From assembly GCA_951406725.2 (NCBI GenBank), contig OX597829.1, forward strand, positions 25,482,001 to 25,546,000: a stretch of DNA of 64,000 nt, in the 5' to 3' direction. This document shows, one piece after another, positions 53,556 through 64,000 of this stretch. Every line of letters begins with the position of its first letter. Within the stretch, counting starts at the first letter, position 1. The notes below the pieces were generated by a model. The model ran no database searches. It was not told the origin of the DNA and was given only the letters and a program-made list of their open reading frames with translations. Source of the stretch: Octopus vulgaris (taxonomy: Eukaryota). The translations under genes and the position numbers were made by a program.

Positions 53556-55719
53556 TTAAGGAACTTTTTTTCAGATTGCTTCTAATATCGGCACAGATAT
53601 CAGAGTAGAAATTTTCATATAATTTATGAATCAAGAGATTAACACGCGCACACACACACACACACACTTTACTGGGCCATTCCCCTAAAGGTACTTGAGT
53701 CCTGTCTACTTTCCTGCTTACCAAAACCATCTTTGCTAAGTTTATCTTGATGCCTATCAATTGTAGGTTTAGCTTCCATGCTTGGAGTTTCCTCTCTAAT
53801 TCCTTAGTAGATATCTACAACTAGGAGTTTGCATAAACCCTTTTTGTTACCAATCCACCTGAAACAGCCCTTAGTTCTATGAGACAAACTAGTTTTACTA
53901 AATTGATCTGCATTAAAATCTTCCAAAATTTCATGTTAATCTATATTTCTAACACTAGCTTAATAATGACAATTATTTTATTAAATTCTTCATTATTTTC
54001 AAAATTAATTGAAAACAATGGTAGTATATTTCAACAGAAATATAGTAACAGAAAGATTAAGCGCCTCTGTGGTAGCCTGTAGAAGTATGATGAATATCAG
54101 AAGATTGAGAACTGGACCCCTACCTTCACAAGAAATTCATCACTGAAATCATTGACTCTTGCTTTATTTTCTTTGTCTTTGTCCAAAGCTTGTGTACCCT
54201 TTACAAGCCATTTGTTTACATTTATTTTCCTAAGTGATCACCAAATTATTGTATGTGGCACCCTGTTAAATACCTTCTCCATGTCAACAAATGCCATACT
54301 AGGAAGATTACATTTGTGATACCTCTTCCAAGCATACAACTAAACTAGATTTCATCAAGGACTAAATCTGCTACTGTTCAGTTCTGTTATGACTCTGGCT
54401 TTCACGTCCTTGTCCGACATTTTGATTCTTGTTCATTTCCTCTCTCTGAAACATCTTTTTCCTTGTAGCAGTTCACAATGATTATTGCTACACCAGTCAT
54501 TGACTGTGTAAATACATATCAGTATATGTACAGATGTATATATGTGTGTATGGCTATGAGGTTAAGAAGTTTGCATCCCAACCATGTGGCTTTGGGTTCT
54601 GTCCCATTGTGAAGCTCCCAGGGGTAGTGCCTTCTGCCATAACCTCAGACCAACCAAAGCCTTGTGAGTAGATTTGATAGATGGATATTGTAAGAAGCCA
54701 TCATGCATGTATATGTGTGCATACGCAATGCACAAACACACACACACACACATATATATTCATGTTGAACCATTAATCCCTACATGCTTTTTTTTTTTGT
54801 TCTCTATTTTTTTCCTCTCAATCCTTTCTGTCAAAGAGTATTGGCTCGAAATACATCAAAGACTTTTCCATTCTTCCTAATACACCTGCTTGTTTCTTCA
54901 CCTGTCTTCGTCTTTTGTTTTCTGTAAATTTGAACTATATCTATATATTTCTTGTGTTTGTCTCCTTGTCTTAACATCACACAACAGTTATAGACAAGCA
55001 TCACAGCTGTACAAGCTGTCCTTTGTTTTTAGTCTTCCATGAAAATGTGAGAAAATAATATAGTGTTTGGAAATGAGTGAAGTTGGCGACAGGAAGGGCA
55101 GCTGCTTAAAGAAAGATCCCAAACTATTTCTTCTTGAGCTATGCAAACATGGAAAACTAGATGGTGGTGATGATGATGATATCTATATCCTCTTATCTTC
55201 AGACAAGCATGTGCTTTGTCAAAAATCTTAAGATTATCTCCCCTTTTCATATGAAGGCGGTTTAGATTGCCATGGGTAATTATAAATCTGCCAGAGGCAC
55301 AGATAATTTTAATAAATCAAGAATTTATGTTGTATGGTATTTGATACACTGTATTTGTGTGTTTTTCAAATACACACCACTGGCCACTCTAAGTTCTCTT
55401 TAGCTCATTTTTGTTTAAGACATACATAGGGATACGTACGTGTGTGTGTGTGTGTGTGTGTATAATCTTAACTAAATTTATTTTATACTCTGCAGAGCTC
55501 ATATACAAGAGTTCAATTTACTCCAAAGGTTAAAACTGGCTCATGAAAATTATAAACTTTCTTTAGTAGGGTGCATGGGAAAATCTTTGCAACTTAAAGG
55601 GGTGAAGAAATTCTTACCACTGAATATAGTAATTGTTAAATGTAATTGTTTTGCTTCCTTTTAGATGTGTGTACACACACACACACAAAAACAAACAACA
55701 TTTTGTGGCAAAATAAAAT

Positions 55720-56092
55720 AATAAGAGCACTCAGAGTGTGCAAACCTCTGCCAAGGCAACACAGTCATCTAATGATTAGCCAGAGATGATTGTTAAAATG
55801 AGAATATCTGAAATAAACTTGACTGCTCTCACAAACGAGAATACTAAAAAGGAACCCAACTGCTCTCAAAAAAAATTAAGTAAAAAAGAAAAGCTGACAA
55901 AATATTCCAGAATCCTTGTCCGGTACCAGATTGATCCCAAAATCTAATCAGTTCATGCCAGTCACGTGGCTAAACATCCCTGAAAATTTCATCCGAATTC
56001 ATCCAGCAGTTCTTGAGCTATTTTGTCCACGGACAAACAAACAAACACTGCTGAAAACAATACCTCCACCTTTGCTAAGGCAGAGGTAATAA
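55720..56092. mobile_element. Helentron/DINE-1-like non-autonomous element
   Basis: Subterminal inverted repeat ACCTCTGCC / GGCAGAGGT, (ACAA)n microsatellite, terminal stem-loop TACCTCCACCTT..AAGGCAGAGGTA. Confidence 0.6.
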
Positions 56093-56200
56093 ATAATTTT
56101 CCTCTTAGCATGATTCTGTTGATGTTAAACCATGCCATCACCTTCCTCTCTGCTGTCCATTTTATCACTCTGTAATTTATACTTCTTTTTTTCCCCTCAG

Positions 56201-56383
56201 GTTCCAGATACCTCCCAACAAAGTCTGTCTGTCAGAAGAGAAAGTAGCTCGCCAATTACAAGAGCTATCCATTAGCCCAGATTCATATTCTTGCTTATCC
56301 CGATCATCAGTGTGTGACTTTTCCCAAGATGAACAACGTTCAGAAAATATCAGCCACTGGCAGGCAATGAATAAAACAAAAGA
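56201..56383 (+). CDS. HPIP/CCDC117-family gene, exon 3 (FQIPPNKVCLSEEKVARQLQELSISPDSY...)
   Basis: Polypyrimidine tract + CAG, donor GTAAGT, 183 nt, phase 2-2. KVCLSEEKVARQLQELSI resembles the HPIP motif KQFLSEENMATHFSQLSL. Confidence 0.85.
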
Positions 56384-56971
56384 GTAAGTTTATATTTTAT
56401 TATTTAATACGTCTATTGATAGAATAAATTTATGAAATCAAGTTAGAGTAAATTTATTATTATTAAGGCAGCAAGCTGGCTGAATTGTTAGTATTCTGGA
56501 CAAAATGCTCAATGGTATCTCATCCCTCTTTTTGTTGAGCTGGAATTCTGTTGACATTCACTTTGCCTTTCATCTTTATGAGGTCGATAAAATAATTAAC
56601 CACTTGAGCTCTGGGGTCAATGTAATCAACTAGCTCCCTTTCCCCAAATTTCCAGCCTTATGCCTATAGTAGAAAGGATTGTTCTTCTTATTGTAGTAGT
56701 AGATAGTGGAAAGAATTATTATTGCTTGGAAGGCTGTTGAATTGCCAGAATTGTTAGAGTATAAGTACCTTTCATGTTCTGGGTTAATCTTTTTTGTAGA
56801 TCAATCCTTCCACCCTCTAAATTGGTGATTTTGTTTTTATCTAAGAATCAATTATTGCTAGGAGTGTGGCAGTGGCATTTATATTTGCTTCTTCATGCTG
56901 GCACGCACTGGGTGTTCACAGACTGAAGGTATTGCCTTCATAAACAGGCACTATTACTTCACTACTGAGCT

Positions 56972-57407
56972 ACATATCATTGACTTACAACCACAATTGG
57001 TTGACTGACTGGTTGTAAGACGATTTGGTTGTAAGTTGGCCTATATATATTTTACACTCTTAAGGTACATTCTCAGGTAAAAGTCACTCATAGCATTCTG
57101 TATTATATTATTATATTGGTGTTAGTCAAAAATTTCAGAGTCTCAAGCAGTTGTCTTATAAACAAATACAAGGTTGCCTTGATGTTTCCACAACAGGATT
57201 AGTCATCCAACACAGTAGCGATCGATAACCAAACCTAGTGGGAGTGTTTGTTTGTTGACATCATCAGTAGATGGGTTAATTTCTAAGAAATTAAACCCAT
57301 TAGATTTCAACTGGACCATTTATTATTGCTGCCAGGAGCTCACATGCCAATTGTCGTAAAGTTGATCGGTTGTAAGTCAAATAGGTCATAAGTCAACAAC
57401 AACCTGT
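56972..57407. mobile_element. Decayed Tigger-like MITE
   Basis: TTGACTTACAACC near the left end versus GGTTGTAAGTCAA/ATAAGTCAAC..CCTGTA at the right end. Confidence 0.45.
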
Positions 57408-59066
57408 ATTTAAATTTTGTTTCTGTTTTTCAATTAAAATTCTTTTCTGCTAGGGTCGATGAATACTGGTCATATGAGAGTGGATTTAACTTTATGTATC
57501 TTTTCTACAAATTTGTAACTTCTTTTGCCAAAGTTAGAAATTGTTATTATTCCTGTCACTGGCAATACTATCTATTAATTTGACATTTGGCTCAAATGAA
57601 GTTGATTGTGTCATCAATCAATCAGCCAACCTTCTAAGTGGTTGAACAGCAAATCCCAACTAGCCAGGATTCACAGTACGGGTTGTAATGTTCGTCCTTT
57701 CAATTGCTGAACTCAAAACATCGTTTGCAAGACCTCCATTTGGGTGATTTTTCTGAGTCACTATCTTGCCCTTGTATGCCACTCCATCACAAAATTTCCC
57801 CATTTACAGCTGAGTGGATTGGAATACTCATTGTTTGCAGTGTTTTGCTCAAGAACACAAATACCAGTCTGAGAATTGAAACCGTGATCTTGCAATCCTA
57901 AATTCAGCATTAATCATTAGGCCACACAAAATCATATTGTGTAATTTTGCTTTGATTCTTGTTTCTGTAATGTTTACTCTTAGAGGCTGTTTTATCTATC
58001 TGATAAGCTATTGATAAAATTCCTTTGAAACCATTATTTTGAAAATCTTTTACATTTAAGACCTTTTCATACAGGGATTGTCCATGAGGATGGCAAATAA
58101 TAAGTTAGGTGTTCTCTACATGGATGTGTAATGTTAGTGTGCATGTATAACAGAAGGCAAGCTGAGGGAAGGCTGGATACAGATGTGATGTGAATGGAGG
58201 ATAACAGTTGGATAAAAGAAAAAAATACCAAGATATTTACAAGGAAAGAATATGTGGGAGAGGAAGATATGGAAAGTCCAACATGTAGCACGTCACCTGT
58301 GTATATAGTATATGTACACACATACATACACACTCATGCGCGCAGACACACACACACTCTCTCACTCTCATGTAAGTTACTCAGATGTGGCAGTGTGGTT
58401 AAGAAGTTTACTTTCCTACAGTGTGACTTGTGTTTTCTGTTATATCTCCCATCCTTGTGAGTGAATTTAGTAGAATTGAACTAAAAGAAGCCAGTTGTGT
58501 GTGTGTGCGTGTGCGCTACTGTGTGTTTGTTTACATTTGTACTCTAGCAGCTGCTACAAGTGTTGTCACTTCTCCAGTAAACAACTTGTCGTCTTGCTTC
58601 ACGCTTTCTAGATGTCTGAAATCAAGAGATGTCTTACTTGAAAAACAGGGGCATTGGCTGTAAAACAATGCTTCAATAATATGTACGTTTGTGTTGTGAC
58701 TGCATTGTTTTCCAAGGGGAGATCACTCCTTAAAAAGCGATCTAAATCGAAGTGATCTAAATCGAAGTAAATTCTGTCATTTTATGAATAGAGGTAAATA
58801 AAATATCCTCTGTAGAGGAATGCAATTTAATAAAACCCATGACTGTATCGCTCCAGCATTTAGCCACAGTCAGATGACTGAAACTAGTAAAATAATGTAT
58901 TATACACCCAAACACATTTATTTTTTTACAGTTAGCTAATGGCAGCTTAATGGCTTTATTATATTCTGCTTCCTATGTGGTTTCCCTTGGACTATGTTGA
59001 TTCCCAGTAAGTAACCTTGGTTGTTCTGGGCATTTTATCATGCATTATTGTACAATTCTTTTTCAG

Positions 59067-59159
59067 AAACCAGTCAGATACTAATTTAGCAGATATGGAT
59101 GAAAGCAGTAATGTCTTAAAAACTAAAACTAGAAATCCTCGGAGTGTTGTTCAAGATAT
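59067..59159 (+). CDS. HPIP/CCDC117-family gene, exon 4 (NQSDTNLADMDESSNVLKTKTRNPRSVVQD)
   Basis: TTTTTCAG acceptor, GTAAGC donor, 93 nt, phase 2-2, open in the required frame. Confidence 0.75.
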
Positions 59160-60059
59160 GTAAGCTTATTTCAGTAATATTTATTGTAACTGTATTTATA
59201 TAAAATATTATTATCTGTTATGATCTATGTACCATGTTCAACAGGTTGGCAAAAATGTAGAAGATAACATTGTAACATTTAATTCCCTTTCATTCATCAT
59301 CATCATCATACGTCTGTTTTTCATGCTAGCATGGGTTGGTTTGTTTGACTGAAAACTGGTAAGCTGGGGAGCTGCACCAAGTACCAATCTGATTTCACAT
59401 GGTTTCTATAGCTAGATGCCTTTCCTAATGCCAACCACTCCAAGAATGTAGTGGGTGCTTTTTACCTCCCATCAGCATGTGTGCAAGTCTTCTCAAGCAC
59501 ATATATCACCAAAGGTCCCCGTCACTTGTAATTACCTCTGTGAGGCCCAATGTTCAATGGGTACTTTTTACATGTCAGTTATGCAATACTGGCATCAGCC
59601 ATGACTATGATTTCATTTGCCTTGATGGGTCTTCTCAAGCACAGCATATCACCAAAGGTCTATATTCTAAGTTCTTGCTCTTCCTATTACCAACTCTTAC
59701 CTATTTTCATGTAAGATATCATTTCTGCTGATTTTTTTTTTTTTTTTTTTAATCAAACAACAAAGAGCTCAATGGTTGGACATGCTTTTGCAGAAGATTG
59801 TAAATGAATAATGGTGGCTTTTGTTTACATTTAGTGCACATGTGATGATCGAATAAACAAACACTTGTGCTTAATACAATGGGCTTCCACACTATTTTCA
59901 TGTGCCAAATTGACTTACAAGGCTTTAGTCAGCCAGCAGCTATTGTAGAAGACACTAGCTGATATGTCTGTTCAGTAGGATCAAACCCTAAGCGAAGTGG
60001 GTTGTTAGCAAACCTATTAACCACACAGCCATGCTGCTTTCTCTCTCCCTCTCTGGTAC

Positions 60060-60365
60060 TCCATTGGTTACAACACTGAGGGTTCCTGCTGATCTGATCA
60101 ATGGAACTGCCTGCTTGTTAAATTAACATGCGAGTGGCTGAGCACTCCACAAACACGTGTACTATTAACGTAGTTCTCAAAGAGATTCAGAGTGATACAG
60201 AGTTTGACAAGGCTGGTCCTTTGAAATAGAGGTACTACTCACTTTTACCAGCTGAGTGGTCTGGTGCAATGTTAAATAAAGTGTCTTGCTCCACTGAGAA
60301 ATTGAACTCATAACCTTGCAATTGAAAGCTGAATACCCTAACCACTAAGCCATGCACCTTCACAA
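60060..60365 (-). mobile_element. tRNA/CORE-like SINE (further family)
   Basis: - strand head GGTGCATGGCTTAGTGGTTAGGG followed by GAGCAAGACACTT. Partial copies at about 44930-45100, 57800-57925 and 60510-60600. Confidence 0.6.
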
Positions 60366-61515
60366 TGAAACTCCTGTTCATACTATAACTGCTCTGGACA
60401 TCTCACTTAAGCTCATCATTCTTTTGTAGGAGCTCTTTAGTCAGCGCAGTGTTTGAGAAGGTTCTTAAAGTTTGTCAAAGCAAGGTAATTTCTATAGTAG
60501 CATTGTGACACAGAGTGGCCCTTTGAAATACAGGTACTACTCATTTTTGCCAGCTGAGTGGACTCAAGTAACATGAAATAGTGTCTCTTGCTCAAGGACC
60601 CAATACATCTATGAAGTGCTTGGTGTTAGGTGGGGTATTCAGCTTTAGAAACAATACCAAAACTGAAACATTGTTGCAAGACGTGATCCTCCAGTCTTGG
60701 TTTTTATTTAGCTATCTAACCATGACAGGATGGTAAATGAATGTATGATGATGATCTATAGTTCTTTGTAAATGTGTATAGCACAGTAACTACTTCACTC
60801 TTCATCAATGGCTGTTTTTACTTTCACATTCCCCCTTCACTCACTCTTTTAATCCTTAGCTTCTCTTAACCCCCTCTCATCTCTATAGTTCTCTTCTTTT
60901 GTCTTTCTCTTCATTTTTCAACATTTGTAAATATAATGTGAGTGAATCTTTTAACCAAATGAGCTATTGAAGCACCAAGGAACAATGTGGTCTTTCTACA
61001 GTCTATCTACAGCAAATCATGTTGCTAGAGTTGAAATTGTGTTACAGAAATTATTTAAACACTTATCAGATATCCAATGCTCTCACTATTTACAATTGTT
61101 TGCACCATGTCTTTTTCTATAATACATAGTAATAGCTAGAGACATTTAAAGATGTCTTAGTCTCATGTAAGGTGTACTGCTAGAGAATGTGAACTATTAA
61201 ACTCTTTTCGTTTTTTTTCCATCTGAGACTGAAGTCTCAAACCAATTAGATCTCCCTCAAAAATCACATATTGCTGTTGTTAAAAAAACTGGTCAGTGTA
61301 GTTCTAGTTAGAGAAAAATATGGGAAGGTCATGACTGGAACATCTTTGATCTGGGGTTAAACAACAGTTACAATCTAGTGATATGTTGTTCTATTTGAAA
61401 TAGTTATATTTTAGTAGTATTTATAAATTTTCCTCTGCTTTTTTCATAAACTATCTAGTAAGAATCTTGGTAATATTCTTGAAATTAAAGTTGTTACATT
61501 TTTCTTATATTCTAG

Positions 61516-61641
61516 AATTGATGAAGATGAAAATGAAAGCTCTGAAAATAAAACAAAAAGGTCTCTTCATATTTGGGAAGACCTTAGCAAGGATATACTA
61601 GCTCCAAAAAATGTCTTGCCAAGGAAAATTATTGAAGAAAT
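61516..61641 (+). CDS. HPIP/CCDC117-family gene, exon 5 (IDEDENES...VLPRKIIEE)
   Basis: TTCTAG acceptor, GTGAGT donor, 126 nt, phase 2-2. Spliced QDIIDEDENE resembles CCDC117 DRIIDEDEE. Confidence 0.85.
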
Positions 61642-62334
61642 GTGAGTCTCAGGATTTTCTCCCTACAACATGAGAAAAAAAAATTTATTGCAAAATTTAA
61701 AAATCTTATTTTGTTTAATAAAGACTTTAAAATTATTGGGACTTTGTTTTTATAAGTTTATTTTAACTTTTATTTTTTATATTTTTCCTTTACTCTATTC
61801 TTTCCTTAAATGAATCGCTTTGCACTTTGAAATATTTTAAAGATAGTTCAGTTTCTGAGTTTTACTTAACTGGTAGAAAATATTTTTGCTTGGATTTTCT
61901 TAAGAGCATTAAATATAAAATTTAATAGAATTCATTTAAACAAACTGTGCTTGTCTCTGCATATTTGCAAGCATGTATGTGTATGTGAGTACACACACAC
62001 ACATATATATTTGAAAGAATTTTTTTTTTTCTATAAGAAAAAACTTGTTTTTTGAAAATCAGTTAAAAAATATCAATCATTTTAAATGTCAAAACTTTAT
62101 TTCAACCAAAAATAACAGAGTACATTTAAAAGAAGTTGTATGAATTTTTAAAGATAAAGTTGCATTAATTTAATGTAATTAATCATACAATTTGTATTGT
62201 CTACATGTATTTTGTTGATAAATATAGGATCTAAATAATAAACGTTGTTTGTATTAAAGAGTAATGAAATGTGCTGATTTAGTAATCTCTCGTAACAGCA
62301 CATAAGTTGGTGTTTCTGATCTTTGTTCTTCTAG

Positions 62335-62505
62335 TATTTCAACACCAAAACCTTGCCTAGATGTGGTATTGTGGCGGCCACCAGATGTTTTGGCTAATGT
62401 AGTAAAACAATCTCCTGAAAATACTTTTCCTAGTAACAACATCACTCAAGACCAGCCAACTCAGGAGGAATTACCGAAAAGTGCCTTAAATTTTCCAGAT
62501 ATTAG
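62335..62505 (+). CDS. HPIP/CCDC117-family gene, exon 6 (ISTPKPCLDVVLWRPP...)
   Basis: CTTCTAG acceptor, GTGAGT donor, 171 nt, phase 2-2. KPCLDVVLWRPP matches the family motif (CCDC117 RPSMELVLWKP; HCFC1R1 SPCSELLLWRYP). Confidence 0.88.
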
Positions 62506-63700
62506 GTGAGTAGATCAACTAATGCTTGTACTTAACTAATTTTAATTATTTATAGCTAAATTAATATTGTGAATTGAAATATTTCTGTTTTCTGAGTATG
62601 TTGTCAGATAGATCTTTTCGTATAGCCTCTCCACATAACATATCCCTGCTGTATTGTCTACTCCCTTACATCACATTCCTCTTATACACAGTTTTTTCCT
62701 TACCCATTATTTACACTAACATTACATGTCCTGCAAACCATGCTGGTCTCATTTCTGTTATCCAACCATTACATATTCCGTGATGATGTTTAGCTGCTAT
62801 GTAATGTCACACTTCATACACAATCATCATACAATCTCCCAGTTTCTCAGGCAGAGTGTGAGGCAGAGATCCTTTGTCGTCAACTTAAGTAATAACTCAT
62901 TAAGCCTATTACAGTCTATACTTTGGCTACTGTGTATTCAAACTACTTCCCTTAACTGCTAATTAGATCACGTAGGTAACAGATCCTGTCAACTACTTCT
63001 AAGGAGCCTTCTGAGTATTTCAAAAAGTTTATTTCATAAGTGTATCTACAACTAAGTACTCTAGCATATCTGCTTGTATGAAGTCCTGTTTTTGATGATA
63101 CTATATCTCTTGTACACTCCTGAGATTACACTGGTTATATAGATTAGTTCCTGCTTAGCATTTTTGCGCATGCGCGCACGCACACTCTCTTTCTCACTGA
63201 TTATAAGTTGCTTGTTATAAATTTGTTCATTGATACTGTTTAAAAAACACTTGCATTATGTTTATTTCAATTTGTTTATCTTTTCTATTACAGTTTACTA
63301 CCATTTACCTCTGTGCAAGACACATCAAACATTTATAAGTCTTACTTTTCAACTGAAGATGATGTTATGGATATCTGAAACCTTGTGGATTTTAAATACA
63401 TTTCTTTTTTTTGTCTGCTTCAACAGATATTTTTTTTTTTTTTTTAAACTCTGACTTTTGTTATGGTTAAAAATCAGTTGTCACCATAAATCCTCTGAAA
63501 ATTTCTTGGGAAGAGGAAAATACCTCTGATGTTTCAAATGAGATGTAAATAATGTTGTATTTCACTTTTTTTTTTCATTTTCTTTTTTATGTGTTTATTT
63601 TTTTTTTTATTCAATTGAAACAAGAAATATCTTTAGTTTGTCTTAATCTTGTTGTTGGTGCTGTTAAATGTTGTACAGATTATTTTTTTCTTTTTCTCAG

Positions 63701-63719
63701 TATGACAAAAAAAGCGTAA
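63701..63719 (+). CDS. possible short terminal exon (SMTKKA*) of the + strand gene
   Basis: Strong acceptor TTTTTTCTTTTTCTCAG, in-frame after a phase-2 intron, early TAA. No homology support; the true last exon may lie beyond the window. Confidence 0.25.
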
Positions 63720-64000
63720 TTGTAGTTTAGAAAATCTCTTTCTAAAAGTGAGCTCCCTAGGGTTTGAAAACAAAATTACACACACACACACACACACTTA
63801 CTTTCATTCATACATTCTCACTAACACACATGTGCGCACACACAAATGGATTTTCTAAGACAGTTAATGCTATTATACATTTGGTAGAACATTGGACACA
63901 GAATGCCTTTTCATTATTTAATTACATCTCGAGTTCAGATCCTGCCAAGATTGATTATCTTTTTGGGGTAAACCAAAGTACATAAAACAAGTACTAGGGA

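Overview
AT-rich, repeat-dense eukaryotic DNA. The SINE, RTE and TA-microsatellite landscape is what I associate with an octopus or other coleoid cephalopod (inference). Hand-splicing gives two divergently transcribed multi-exon genes that the ORF track mostly misses. (1) A + strand gene with 6 coding exons (32315-62505, probably continuing) encoding an HCFC1R1(HPIP)/CCDC117-family protein; all its introns are phase 2. (2) A - strand gene with an ATG at 21004 and three phase-compatible coding exons down to 9591; product unknown. The rest is transposon-derived: mariner, Tc1, maT, pogo-type, piggyBac-type MITE, Helitron and Helentron-like, CR1 and RTE LINEs, several SINE families and a foldback element. 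There are also a 2.8-kb alternating purine-pyrimidine satellite and several hairpins. The most notable finding is an inverted, decayed copy of a coding exon about 420 nt into the next intron, a candidate dsRNA/ADAR editing-complementary sequence. Also notable: an HPIP+CCDC117 composite protein lacking the HCF-1-binding motif, a promoter-adjacent foldback element, a 154-bp near-perfect palindrome and a young GC-rich CR1. All family assignments come from motif recognition, not database searches.
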